Origin: Verrucomicrobiota bacterium
GTDB lineage: Bacteria; Verrucomicrobiota; Verrucomicrobiia; Limisphaerales; AAA164-E04
NCBI GenBank assembly: GCA_047947115.1
Contig: CP170459.1
Location: 480,001-544,000 of the forward strand
Length of the DNA stretch: 64,000 nucleotides
Reading direction: 5' to 3'
In this document: in pieces, positions 1 through 10,683 of the stretch
How the letters are laid out: each line of letters starts with the position of its first letter
Numbering within the stretch: the first letter of the stretch is position 1
The notes under the pieces: generated by a model
Databases searched by the model: none
Told to the model about the DNA's origin: nothing
The model's input: the letters and a program-made list of their open reading frames with translations, nothing else
Position numbers and translations under genes: made by a program

Positions 1-3000
1 ATGGGCGGGGTTACATCAGGAGGCATTTCACCGGTGGGCACGCCCGCATTGTCGAACCACATCTCAAGGTCTCCTGTTCCGGACAACCAGTTCGTAGCCA
101 TGGTGGCGACTCGCGGAACTTCCACGACGAAATAATGCACTTCATCCGGTTCCAGCGTGCTCGCAAAACATTGTCCATTTCGCAGGGTTTCAGCCTGCAC
201 ATTGGTGTTCGCAAGGCTGAGCAGGAGTTGCCAGTCATAAAGTATTGGCTGGGGAGTGATCGCCCCTTCACGCGTGTCACGCACTTCAAGGTGCCAATCA
301 CCCACTGCCGACTCTCCTTTAAGGGACTCAAGCGGCTCTTCGGGAAAGTAGTATTTGACTGCCGGCGCATAGCTCAATGAGATATCGTCCACAAACATGG
401 ACGGACGGCCACCGAGAAAAGTCAACTCCAACAGTGTTTCATCATTGGCCGGACGGAAACGCAAAGGTGTATTACGCTGCCATGCCAAAGAACCATCCAC
501 AATCTGAGCCCTACGCCCATCCAGATAGACACCTCCAACGGGTGACCCTCTGCCAGCAATGGAGCGGGAGGCATAAAAGAGATCATATTTCTGCCCCACG
601 GGTGTCGGGATGGTCATGGCAATGCGAGAACTGAAAATATCCAGATATCGATTCCCTTCAAAAGAGCCATTCCCACCCAGCACACGGGCCCGACCAAAGA
701 CGATCTCCCACTCGTTACCATCCGCATCAGCCGGGATGGTTTCGCCTTCCAGATAATTCCCCAGGTCAGCTTGTTCGAATCCGCTGATGGATAGATCGAG
801 AAAGTTCGCGTTTGTTGTGAACGGTCCCTGAGCATATTTGATCAAGGTATCCGCATCTTCCGGATTGTCACTGAACCCGCCGTAAACCAGTTCATTCCCG
901 ATCCCGGAACCCAAGCCGGTTTCATTGTTGCGCCCGCGATGTTCCATCAATAACAGCCTGGTTCCTTGTGGACTGACCAGGTGCAGGCTCAAATCAGACA
1001 ATCTTGGGTGATCCAACCGAATCCCTACTTTGGCCTCCGAGATAGGACGGTCATCAGGCACATACACCAGTGAATCCGTCAAAGCGAAATCAGTAATCGG
1101 AACTTCCTTCTCACCCGCGAAAAATGGTTGCTCGGCGTCAATCACCAAGTTGCGCTCCAACTCATAAGTCAACCGAAAATCCACCGGCCCCGGATTCGGA
1201 TTGTAGATTCCAATAAAATAGCGTCCGGCATTCAATGGCGGTATATCCCGTGTGGTGATTGTCGTCGAAATAATCTGATCCCCGGCCAATCCCAAGGTAC
1301 GTTTGTCATAGAGTGTTTGTGTCGGCAATTCTTCGTGTCGCAGGTAGAGATCAAGTGGAAGATCAAACTCAGTTAAATTGGCAGTCAATGCACTCGCGTC
1401 CGCCGGGACTTCCACAAAGAAGTAAACAAACGACTCACCTTGCACGGTACTCACCACACCACTGTCATCCAGCAACTGATTCGGCGTTGCCACCACATTA
1501 AAGGCGGTCAAAGTCCCGGTGTGACCAAAACTGTTATCCACCATCGTCATCAACCAGACCCCCACTCCGTTCTCACCAATGAAATTGATCAGATTCCCTG
1601 GCCCGTCAGAAGGAATCGAGTTGGGGTAAAATCCAAAGTCATCATAGACCTCATTCAAGAATGTCGGACTTCCTTGCGGGCTGAAAAGCGTGTGATTATT
1701 CAACACAGCCGATATTCCGTTGTGCGTGATGCTGCCCAGCAAATCACCAATATTTTGGTGCGAGATGGTTTCTTCAACAACAACGCTTTGCACGGCCAAT
1801 CCATTGAGCGGATTACCAATCGCGATGCCCAAGCCGGCCCCCGGACTCGCCGGCGTTCCATCGGGAATGATCCCCTGGTTCAACGGTATCCCCCTGAACA
1901 CCCGGTTACCATTGGCATCCGTAAAATCAAATGGCTCCTCTTGTGACAACCCGACAAAGGCGTATTGCCCCCCTTGATGGTCCTCCGATTTCACGCCGAC
2001 ATAATACACGACATCATCACCCAGAGGTTGGTTCTCCAATAGCACCACTTCAGTACCGCCCTGGTTCAGCGATTTGCTGGCCCCTGCAATGGCTCCCGGA
2101 TTCAAGTCCAGCAGTCCGGCATCCCTGGACACAAACAAATCAATGTCTGCTTCCGATGTCCTGGGTCGTGACAAGTTGGGTGGCAGAAAGGTGACGAAGG
2201 CCACGTTCGGACCATTGGTAAACCCAACGTCATTGGTCGACGGGAGCGAATTGGTGAACATGTAGAACTGCCATTGCCCCACCAGACCATTCGTCGTCCC
2301 CAACAATGGACTGTTGGCACCAACCCGATCTTCGAGTCGTGGGATACCATTGGTAATGGAGATCACCGGAGGCAACGTTGATGCCAATGGGGTCTCGGCT
2401 TCTTCGATTTCAAATGGCGCTTCCAAATCAGAGTCATCGCCACTGCTGATCACCAGAGCAAAGTCCTGAACAACACCATCCGGGTGATCGAACACGGTAT
2501 TCACGTTCACCCGACGACCGATCACCGAGACCACGTAATTCGTGGAAAGCGGACCATTGATGTAAACGTTTTCCACGTTATTGACGATATCCGCCTGACT
2601 GACCAAGTTGGTGGCGGTCGAAGTGGAGTTGGTCGTGGACAAACGTGTAAACCGTGTGGACTGAGCAAAATCGTTCCCGAAATAAACATCTCCAGATACC
2701 GTGTTGGAAACCACCAAATCAAGATCGTTGACCAATTTGATACCGGCAGCGGGATTCCCCGGAGGATCGGTCCAGACCAATGTCACCCGCATCGGAAACG
2801 CGCGGGCTCCGTTGGTGGATACATTCAAATCCCATGACCGCACATCACCGGTTGCCAAAGCCAGGTCCGGATCCTGATCAAAGAATTGAACCGAAGATGA
2901 TTTGTTGTCGGTTTCCTCCAGAAATCGACTTGGCAAACTGTTGTTAAGATTGGGTAAACCCCATCCCTGATAGTTGATCAGGGGATCAATCTGAAAATCA

Positions 3001-5420
3001 TAAACCGTCCCTGAAGACCGTGCGCCATTGATCAACAAAGCCTTCAGCAATGCAGGACTTGGGCTGTGACCATTCTCAGTGAGATGCTGCTGCATCAGCC
3101 CCAGCATACCGGACACCACGGGCGCAGCCATACTTGTGCCTGATTCCATTCGGTAGTGAGGCTCTAATCCGTCATTTAACTCTTTCAACCCGGCAAAGTA
3201 ACCCTCAGGTTCCTCTTCGGTCATCACGCGGGTTTCCAAATCAAACGCCACGGTTGTCTCGGATTCATTTCCGATACCAAAGTAATAAATGCTCCCGGGG
3301 GTCAACGTGAGAGGCTCTTCCGCATCAGGGGTCAGAGCGATTTCATTATATCCCGCAAAATCATTGGTCGTGGCAAAGCCCGCCTGTGAGACATAGAGCG
3401 GCAGGTCCGGCAACTCGATGGGGACATCTTCATTGGGCACAATCTTCAACTCAACCCGAACCCCGTCGTTGGGAATGAATAAAAGAGTGGGGTAAATGTC
3501 CCCTGGATTAACCGAAATAGCAACACGAGTGCTCAAATTGGTAGAGAATAGCTGACCGGGACTTTCCCAATCTTTCGATCGTGTCGAAACAACAAAGGTC
3601 CCTGGAGCTACCACGTCGGGTTTGAAACGACCGCCTTCCCCTTCGATCCCAATGCCAACATTTCCTCGGGAAGAAAAGGACGCCACTTCAGTAGCCGAAT
3701 CGGTATCCGGCAAAAATACTTTCTCCATCACCGGAATCTGGTTTGTTTCCACAATGCCGGTTTCGTTGGTGACCACCTGATCCACATACCCTGAGATGAC
3801 CTCATTGGTGATATACCTCAAATGTTCAACCGCTCCGACGGTGATCACGTTTTTGGCGGTGGCAGGAGATTCAATACTTCCGGAAGAACCCCCGGTGCCG
3901 TCACGCTCCCCATTACCGGCATTTCCGGCGGCGAATACATACACCATGGATTGATCGCCTTCCTCCAACGGAAGGGCATCACGCACGGCAGCATCGTAAC
4001 TCGCCGCTGCCAAACCGTATTCCTGTGAATCCGGGTAACGCCAACTGTTGTTGGAAATCATGGCATTCGTCATGCCCCGGGTGATGTAATTGAATGTGGC
4101 TGCCTCGGTCTGGAGTATTTCATCCGATTCCAACGGCCCGCTGATCAAATCGACTCTCAAAGAAAACAATTCCGACTCGGGTGCCATGCCGTGAAAATTG
4201 GCATTGGTGGCGGAGTTGATGATATTGGTTACCACAGGCGAGTTTTCCCCTGAACTGGCGATGATACCCGCCACATGCGTGCCGTGCCCGTTCGGATCGG
4301 TGTGAGCGCTGAAAGCAATCGATGCCACCAAAGGAGCATTCGGATCCGGCACCGCAGGCGGACGCAGGCTGGCTGGATTATCAGGGGATATCACGCGACC
4401 GGTCAGGTCGGGATGCGTCCCATCGATACCGGTGTCGTTCACATTGATGATCACCCCTTTTCCGGTCAAGCCGTGGTGGTTGTCGTTGGTGATGTTCGTG
4501 GCGTCGGTGTCCACTCCAACGCGCACGCGAGCCAAGTCTGTGGCGAATGCACGCGGATACCATGGTTCCACCCACTGCACCAGATCCATTACAGCAAGAG
4601 GCACGAGACTGTCCGGAGTGGTTCCAACCACATACTGATCACCGAAAGGAGAGGAAGATTTGGAAATAACAGGAACCTGTAGATCCTGCAGAACCTCCAG
4701 CGCCGCATCGGATTCATCCGGAAAAACGGTCAGGCTGAGCATGGTTCCCGGTTTCAAGGTTTCCTGTTCTTTGGCTGTGGAAATCAACGACTCGCTAATT
4801 TTGAAATAAGGGGCATAAGCTACAACCGCCCGGACACCGCGTGTCCGCTCCAACTCGGCAACCACATCCGGATCCATACGAACCAGCCACGTGTTGTTGG
4901 GAATGTATGACACTTTTGTAGCTTCCAAGTTTTCGAGTAACTCAGGTGATACAACCTGATCAAACGCCTTGTCGGTTTGAACCAGATAACTGCGAGTACG
5001 CGCAGGAGCCTGCAAATGTTCCGGGATGCCCAAAGGGCGCCTTGAACTCGTATCAATCAAGGCATTGTTCAACAAAATAGCATGATCCAACCGAGCCAAT
5101 TCATTCAAACGAACCGCCGTGTTTCGGATGCGATGCGGATGTTGAGGATCTTCCGGAAGCGGCTCCCAATAGCCATTGGTTACTTCAGGATGAGCAGTAT
5201 TCGCATGACGGGTGGTTTGATTCAGCTGGGTCAGCAATCTGGGACCTGCTCCCCCCAGACTTGGGATATGCACGGCTCCACCTTCGGAGTTCAAAGACAA
5301 ATCCGCTCCCATTAGTGCCAGTTTCCGCTCTCGCGCCAGGTTGCCCCAACGCATATAGCCGGCTCCCAGAACCAACAATATCATTCCAAAAATGACCCAA
5401 GTTTTGGCGCTCAATCGCAT
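1..5420 (-). CDS. Large S8 (subtilisin-like) serine protease with N-terminal hydrophobic segment and proprotein-convertase P-like domain; 3' end lies outside the window
   Basis: ATG at 5420 (MRLSAKTWVIFGMILLVLGAGY). In-frame catalytic motifs NVNDTGID (D at 4434-4436), GHGTHVAG (4275-4286), FAAGNAG and ESGTSMAAP (3129-3140); VTLVWTDPPG/NDLDL/NNVENV C-terminal motifs; RLDHPRLSDLSLHLVSPQG near 960-1020. The same frame is open at the window edge (about 1806 codons), which explains its absence from the ORF track. Confidence 0.9.
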   Translation of the reverse strand, partial: MRLSAKTWVIFGMILLVLGAGYMRWGNLARERKLALMGADLSLNSEGGAVHIPSLGGAGPRLLTQLNQTTRHANTAHPEVTNGYWEPLPEDPQHPHRIRNTAVRLNELARLDHAILLNNALIDTSSRRPLGIPEHLQAPARTRSYLVQTDKAFDQVVSPELLENLEATKVSYIPNNTWLVRMDPDVVAELERTRGVRAVVAYAPYFKISESLISTAKEQETLKPGTMLSLTVFPDESDAALEVLQDLQVPVISKSSSPFGDQYVVGTTPDSLVPLAVMDLVQWVEPWYPRAFATDLARVRVGVDTDATNITNDNHHGLTGKGVIINVNDTGIDGTHPDLTGRVISPDNPASLRPPAVPDPNAPLVASIAFSAHTDPNGHGTHVAGIIASSGENSPVVTNIINSATNANFHGMAPESELFSLRVDLISGPLESDEILQTEAATFNYITRGMTNAMISNNSWRYPDSQEYGLAAASYDAAVRDALPLEEGDQSMVYVFAAGNAGNGERDGTGGSSGSIESPATAKNVITVGAVEHLRYITNEVISGYVDQVVTNETGIVETNQIPVMEKVFLPDTDSATEVASFSSRGNVGIGIEGEGGRFKPDVVAPGTFVVSTRSKDWESPGQLFSTNLSTRVAISVNPGDIYPTLLFIPNDGVRVELKIVPNEDVPIELPDLPLYVSQAGFATTNDFAGYNEIALTPDAEEPLTLTPGSIYYFGIGNESETTVAFDLETRVMTEEEPEGYFAGLKELNDGLEPHYRMESGTSMAAPVVSGMLGLMQQHLTENGHSPSPALLKALLINGARSSGTVYDFQIDPLINYQGWGLPNLNNSLPSRFLEETDNKSSSVQFFDQDPDLALATGDVRSWDLNVSTNGARAFPMRVTLVWTDPPGNPAAGIKLVNDLDLVVSNTVSGDVYFGNDFAQSTRFTRLSTTNSTSTATNLVSQADIVNNVENVYINGPLSTNYVVSVIGRRVNVNTVFDHPDGVVQDFALVISSGDDSDLEAPFEIEEAETPLASTLPPVISITNGIPRLEDRVGANSPLLGTTNGLVGQWQFYMFTNSLPSTNDVGFTNGPNVAFVTFLPPNLSRPRTSEADIDLFVSRDAGLLDLNPGAIAGASKSLNQGGTEVVLLENQPLGDDVVYYVGVKSEDHQGGQYAFVGLSQEEPFDFTDANGNRVFRGIPLNQGIIPDGTPASPGAGLGIAIGNPLNGLAVQSVVVEETISHQNIGDLLGSITHNGISAVLNNHTLFSPQGSPTFLNEVYDDFGFYPNSIPSDGPGNLINFIGENGVGVWLMTMVDNSFGHTGTLTAFNVVATPNQLLDDSGVVSTVQGESFVYFFVEVPADASALTANLTEFDLPLDLYLRHEELPTQTLYDKRTLGLAGDQIISTTITTRDIPPLNAGRYFIGIYNPNPGPVDFRLTYELERNLVIDAEQPFFAGEKEVPITDFALTDSLVYVPDDRPISEAKVGIRLDHPRLSDLSLHLVSPQGTRLLLMEHRGRNNETGLGSGIGNELVYGGFSDNPEDADTLIKYAQGPFTTNANFLDLSISGFEQADLGNYLEGETIPADADGNEWEIVFGRARVLGGNGSFEGNRYLDIFSSRIAMTIPTPVGQKYDLFYASRSIAGRGSPVGGVYLDGRRAQIVDGSLAWQRNTPLRFRPANDETLLELTFLGGRPSMFVDDISLSYAPAVKYYFPEEPLESLKGESAVGDWHLEVRDTREGAITPQPILYDWQLLLSLANTNVQAETLRNGQCFASTLEPDEVHYFVVEVPRVATMATNWLSGTGDLEMWFDNAGVPTGEMPPDVTPP

Positions 5421-5491
5421 ATCAATTCAAAATCCAATAATTCCTGTCTCCACGGCGGGCTCGTCTGTTGCTCATTCTCCCTTCAACCCCA

Positions 5492-8400
5492 TCAATCAAA
5501 TGGCAACACGGTTTCACTTTCCACAGTGGCCTGTAAGTTGGTGATGGCCCCGTCAAAACGCACCACGCGCCGGAACAGGTACTCACCCGTCACCTGATAA
5601 TTGGTGCAGATATTAAACAATCTCGGCGGCTCCGGATCCGCGCGCAACGACTCGTTCGCCGGTCGCAACGACTGTCCATAAGCATAAATGGTCACACGAG
5701 GTTCATCGGCCTTAAGCAACGAAAGAACCTGCTGCGGAATGCGTTCATAAGCAAAGTCGTCTATCCCGCTCTGATACTGTATTTCGTCTCCCCAAGCCAA
5801 GTAGGGAGACTGCAATGTGAGTGCCGGGGCGGAAAGCACCTGTCCAAGATACTGGAATCTGCCGTTCGGGAAGTACTGCCGCACTCCATTGATTCCCGTG
5901 GGACCATTTACCATCTGCGTCATGGGTGAAGGCAGGTTCTGATTCTCGGGTAAGCCGTTCAAGCCGGCCGGTTCGATTGTCCTGGTTCGATACTGAGGTG
6001 ACTGCACCCCATCTAGATCCCGATTCATCACCGCAATGCTCGACATGTTGGTCTGAACAATCACACCAGACAACACTGCCGACCATGCAGACAAACCGGT
6101 CTGATTCACCGACAACAGTCCACGCGCCGCATTGTCATCCAATGCAGTGGTGAATTGTTCCAAAATCTTCCAGTCATTGGTGGGATGGGTTCCAACACTT
6201 CCCGACCACCGTAACCAATTACGCTGGGCGATTTCCATGACGTTCAAACGAGACCCATCCTGTTGCGGACTGATCGCATTGGCTTCAAATCCATTGTTGG
6301 GATCGCCGTGCAAGGTCTGGAAAGGATACCCTTCGGCCAAAGGCGAACTGAGCTGCGGCATATCTGTCACATGCAGCAAGCGTCCAGCGCCATCCGAACC
6401 TACCGCAGATTTCAAGTAAACAGTCTGCCACGGCGTGCCTCGATGCACACGCCCCAGCCACCCGATGTTGGGGTAGCGGTTGGTTGGAAATTGCCAGTCG
6501 TCGGAACTGCGGATCATCGGATCTTTCAATGAAACGTCATACTCCGAAACATCCGACCCCGGCCCGCTTGGCCATGGACGATATCTGGCGTTCACCAAAC
6601 CTATGTTATGAATGCGTCCATCCAAGGGGCGATCCGGCGGATCGACGAGTTCGCGCCGGCTCGAGCGGCCTTCCATATCAGTCAGGTCCGCCTTGGTATA
6701 GTGCACCAGCGGATCATTCGCCTGCCAGGTGGTGTAAATGATTTTCTTAAGCGAAGGCGTGAATGGCACCTGTCGTACGAAACTCTTGCGCGGGTCATTC
6801 AAACGCTGATAACCGATCGCCAATTGTTGAGCGGTCAGGTACTTGGGAGGGAACCCGATGAAGGTTCTGAATAAATCAATCGATTCTTCCCTGTCACGCC
6901 CGGTGCCGCGCGCCCGGAAACTGTTCCATAACCTCTGCGATACGGGGATTTCATCCAGCGAAGTGAAAATCTGGTTGATCACACCTTCAGTCGGAGCTGT
7001 GATCAGGGTTGAATTGCCCAGTCGGTTCGTCACCCAGAACATTCTGGAATCGCCCGTCGAAGAAGATGCCACCGGTCCGGCGGTCCCCGCTCCATACGCT
7101 CCCAACAATTCCTGGGTCACATCCAGGCGAGTGGTCAAATTGTCCAAATTGACGAAATCAAGGATGCGCTGGGTATCCTCATCAAGCATGAAACATTGCA
7201 CGCGATTGGTCATCGCCAACCCGATCTGAGGGCTGGGAAAAATGCCTCGATCAGGGAACAAGGTCTGAGGCAAGAAGGAAGCCTCCACCAATCGTCCGCT
7301 TGCATGATCATACACGCTGTTGGTCAAGGTGATGAATGTTTGTTGCATGGGAACTACAAACTCCTGACCTTGCCATTCATTGGCTGTCATTAAGCGTTCA
7401 TTCGACGGATTATACCAATTGGACCGAAGCAACATACCACGCCTGTTGGTTACAACGAGACTGGATTGAACCTGTGCCTGCATTCGAATTGCCCGGGGGT
7501 AGTTGGAACGGTAGGAATTCCAAGTTTCCAATCCATACATATTTGAAATCCCCATGACAATCATCTGGTTCGTCTGCCATTGATTCATCGGTGCGTTCGG
7601 GGCCGTCTTGTTGATCTCCAACTTACGGGTCATTTCCAATGTGGTCAGCACGCCGTACTCGTTGAAGTTGGGCAATCCCTTTTTGGCGGAAATGACCCAG
7701 GGAATACCAATCACGTTGTCATCAGGATTCAACGCATCGCGCTGCGCCTTGAACCTCAAATCACGGAAGGGCTTGTTCAATTGAACAGGCGCATCATTGG
7801 TCACTTCGATATAATCGAAGATCGTCACCGTGTCATTGTCGTCAACGTTGAAACGGGGACGAAACACCAATGGCAAATGTTCCTGATTACCACCGGCAAA
7901 TGTGGCCAAAGGTCGATTGGTCACAGTGACGGGATCCGTCAGGTTGGCGGCCAGTTGAAGGAGTTGATGCAGGTTCGCGGAGTATTCATTCACACCCGGT
8001 GCCTTTTCAGGCCAAATCTGAATGTTGGTAACCGAAAAATCCCGATCCACGTAGGTGTCGCCCAACAAATGAAAATTCGTACCCGGTGCTGTATATTGCT
8101 GACCTACTTCATTCAAATAGGTAAAGGCCGGAGGATTGGTCGCCATGTTCGCCATCAGCAGGCGATTTGCAGAAAGCATGAACATGTCCCGGGCGCTCCA
8201 ATTGACATAGTTGGTCTGATGATTGGAAAAGTTATCGTAGTTGAGGTGAAGCTTGTTGGTGCGCACTTCTTCAAGACGAGGCACGTTGTCCTGAATAGCT
8301 AAACGATAGGATCGGGCGGTGGTATCAGAAATCGATTCGGTGCCCAACTGAGATATCAGACGGTAGTAGGTGTAGCGATCGTAAGTGGAAGTCTGCGCCA

Positions 8401-9604
8401 GACTCGGAATCCTGCCCACACGGTCCGATACGCTGTCATTCGACGCAGGCACACCATCGGCGTTAGGAATCTTGACACCGTTGAACAACTCCTGAACATC
8501 ATAGAAAGCCCTCCGGTATTCGCTCCCCCACCAAATCTGGTTACCAGTATCCGCAAGGTCACTCGCCAGCCACGGGGTATCCAACAAATAAGGACCGTTC
8601 GCAAACAGATCGACAAAATCCTGCTGCAATTGAACGTTGCTGGGATTGGCAATCACATTCAGAGGAGCCAAAGCACGGTCGGCACGACGATAGTTCAGCA
8701 ACGAGAATGCATCTCTAAAGGAATTCCCGATGTTTTCGGCATTGTTGCCCGGTCCTGCGTATTGATATTGGGTCCAGATCCTGGGGTTCAAATCACGTAA
8801 GAACGCACCCAAATTAATTTCCCATGGTCCGATTCCTTGATTTCGAACGAAAAAATCCTGAGTGTTGCTGGTCTGCTTGATTTGATTGTGGATGGTATTC
8901 AGGTCCAAGGTGCGGCCTTCGGGGACAATAATATAAGCAAAACGTCCGACAAATCGATTGGTCGCAGAATGGGGCTGATTCGGATATTCCAGCAGCCCGA
9001 TCCACTGGGGATCGCCTACATACCGTGTCCAAACATTCTCACCAGTTTCAGTATCCTGCAAAGGACGATTATTTTCATCCAGCACCGGCAGCAAACCGGA
9101 CGGCTCAAATCGCCCATTTCTGTTAAAGTCCAAGTAATACCTGAAATCGATTTGACGCTCAAACTGCCTCGATTGCTGATTGTATTCGGTTTCTTCAATG
9201 TAAACCGGAGGACGAGAATCGTAGAATTGATTACCTATGTTGACGGACTGATTATAAGGATCGGGGATAGGATTCCCATTAGGCAGAAAATAATTCGCGT
9301 TGCCCGGATCATAATTGAAATTGGAATTATCATACCCGTCCGGGTTGAAAAAGTTGGTCGAAACCACGTAATCAAAATCAAAGCGGTTCGAAGAACTCAA
9401 GATACGCCCTACCACCTCGGACTGGGCACGGGCCATGCCAGCCTCGGCAGACAGCTTTGCGTTGATGTGATCTGTGGTCACAGTCACGGTCGCACGTTCA
9501 CGGCGGCTAACGCCGAGGAAAACAATCGCCATCAGCGTCACCACCGACAGCATGATCAGGGTGATGACCAGAACGACACCTTGCTCTTTTGTTCTCAACT
9601 TCAT
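5492..9604 (-). CDS. Giant PilX/GspK-like minor pilin (1370 aa)
   Basis: N-terminus MKLRTKEQG|VVLVITLIMLSVVTLMAIVF: class III signal without Glu5, typical of PilX/GspK; AKLSAEAGMARA helix; last gene of a coupled prepilin cassette (TAATG overlap at 9604). Confidence 0.8.
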   Translation of the reverse strand: MKLRTKEQGVVLVITLIMLSVVTLMAIVFLGVSRRERATVTVTTDHINAKLSAEAGMARAQSEVVGRILSSSNRFDFDYVVSTNFFNPDGYDNSNFNYDPGNANYFLPNGNPIPDPYNQSVNIGNQFYDSRPPVYIEETEYNQQSRQFERQIDFRYYLDFNRNGRFEPSGLLPVLDENNRPLQDTETGENVWTRYVGDPQWIGLLEYPNQPHSATNRFVGRFAYIIVPEGRTLDLNTIHNQIKQTSNTQDFFVRNQGIGPWEINLGAFLRDLNPRIWTQYQYAGPGNNAENIGNSFRDAFSLLNYRRADRALAPLNVIANPSNVQLQQDFVDLFANGPYLLDTPWLASDLADTGNQIWWGSEYRRAFYDVQELFNGVKIPNADGVPASNDSVSDRVGRIPSLAQTSTYDRYTYYRLISQLGTESISDTTARSYRLAIQDNVPRLEEVRTNKLHLNYDNFSNHQTNYVNWSARDMFMLSANRLLMANMATNPPAFTYLNEVGQQYTAPGTNFHLLGDTYVDRDFSVTNIQIWPEKAPGVNEYSANLHQLLQLAANLTDPVTVTNRPLATFAGGNQEHLPLVFRPRFNVDDNDTVTIFDYIEVTNDAPVQLNKPFRDLRFKAQRDALNPDDNVIGIPWVISAKKGLPNFNEYGVLTTLEMTRKLEINKTAPNAPMNQWQTNQMIVMGISNMYGLETWNSYRSNYPRAIRMQAQVQSSLVVTNRRGMLLRSNWYNPSNERLMTANEWQGQEFVVPMQQTFITLTNSVYDHASGRLVEASFLPQTLFPDRGIFPSPQIGLAMTNRVQCFMLDEDTQRILDFVNLDNLTTRLDVTQELLGAYGAGTAGPVASSSTGDSRMFWVTNRLGNSTLITAPTEGVINQIFTSLDEIPVSQRLWNSFRARGTGRDREESIDLFRTFIGFPPKYLTAQQLAIGYQRLNDPRKSFVRQVPFTPSLKKIIYTTWQANDPLVHYTKADLTDMEGRSSRRELVDPPDRPLDGRIHNIGLVNARYRPWPSGPGSDVSEYDVSLKDPMIRSSDDWQFPTNRYPNIGWLGRVHRGTPWQTVYLKSAVGSDGAGRLLHVTDMPQLSSPLAEGYPFQTLHGDPNNGFEANAISPQQDGSRLNVMEIAQRNWLRWSGSVGTHPTNDWKILEQFTTALDDNAARGLLSVNQTGLSAWSAVLSGVIVQTNMSSIAVMNRDLDGVQSPQYRTRTIEPAGLNGLPENQNLPSPMTQMVNGPTGINGVRQYFPNGRFQYLGQVLSAPALTLQSPYLAWGDEIQYQSGIDDFAYERIPQQVLSLLKADEPRVTIYAYGQSLRPANESLRADPEPPRLFNICTNYQVTGEYLFRRVVRFDGAITNLQATVESETVLPFD

Positions 9605-10683
9605 TACGGCTCCAGACTGATAGGTTTGGCGGTGGAAATAGGAATCATGCGCCGAAACAAATGGACGGCACCGGGTTTGTCCTGCAGGTACTGCCGGGCC
9701 ACATTCAGATTTGGCATGGATTTAACCCGAGCCAGCACTTCAGGATCCAACACACCCAATTCAAGTTCGATGTAGGCAGGGATGGCATCTTCGAAAAAGC
9801 GAAATCGAGTTTGCCCTTCGAGGATATCTCCAGCACCGGTTTTCTCACGTTCCAAGATGGTATTTGGATAAGAAAAATTAACGGACTGATTCAAAGCGGT
9901 GAAATTCGTGGTGTAAAGCATGGGTCTTCCGTCTGAATCAATGGGTTGAAGTTTGAAATGAATGATTCCTTCAATCAGCGGAGACACATTGAGGTTGAAC
10001 ACCTGATTGGTCACTACCAGCGGGCTGGCATTGAGGACATTGTTGTATTGATCCCAGAGATTTCCCAGTAGTTGATGATTTAAACGGCGCTGTGGCTGGT
10101 AACGATCCCTGATATTCGCAGCGGTAAGATCCGCATTGACGGATGAGAATCGGAACAAAGTACCAAAACCAAGACTTCGGGTATTATTCGGAGCCACGAA
10201 ATTGGCCGTGGGGGAAAAAAAGTAACCCTTTGCAACCCAGTTCAGGTTCGATCGTGTCAGGAAGAAAACATTTTGAAGCATATTCGTCCTCAGCGATCCG
10301 TCCACTAACTGCTGTATGACCGGTTCATACTCATAGGTCCGCTCCAGTGTTCCCAGCATGTGGGGCAACTCTGTGGTGGTGATGGTCAGTTCACTCAACA
10401 AAGGCAAATCGGGCGCCTCTGCCGCCTGAATATCCTCTACCAACACTTCAATCGCAGCACGACCTGATCCCAGAATATCGACTTGCTTGGCAGTGGCTCG
10501 AAGCGCCTTTTGGGTCTGGTTGAACATTGAAAAAAGTCCAAAGACGATGACCGTCATAATGGACACCGCCAGCAGAACTTCAATCAACGAGAACCCGAAG
10601 CGGGAGTGCTCACCCAACTTGGCCTGCCGGACACAACGATGAGTCCCTCGATCTGTGCTGTCATTGGACTGATTCATCTTCAT
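9604..10683 (-). CDS. PilW/GspJ-like prepilin
   Basis: G|FSLIEVLLAVSIMTVIV N-methylation motif; position before the PilX-like gene; ATGA overlap with the upstream gene. Confidence 0.8.
   Translation of the reverse strand: MKMNQSNDSTDRGTHRCVRQAKLGEHSRFGFSLIEVLLAVSIMTVIVFGLFSMFNQTQKALRATAKQVDILGSGRAAIEVLVEDIQAAEAPDLPLLSELTITTTELPHMLGTLERTYEYEPVIQQLVDGSLRTNMLQNVFFLTRSNLNWVAKGYFFSPTANFVAPNNTRSLGFGTLFRFSSVNADLTAANIRDRYQPQRRLNHQLLGNLWDQYNNVLNASPLVVTNQVFNLNVSPLIEGIIHFKLQPIDSDGRPMLYTTNFTALNQSVNFSYPNTILEREKTGAGDILEGQTRFRFFEDAIPAYIELELGVLDPEVLARVKSMPNLNVARQYLQDKPGAVHLFRRMIPISTAKPISLEP

Noticed and set aside
11..5400. Many short ORFs listed on both strands
   Set aside because: All overlap the continuous minus-strand S8 protease frame; shadow ORFs
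8837..9775. 312-aa plus-strand ORF
   Set aside because: Antisense shadow of the PilX/PilW-like genes; no motifs
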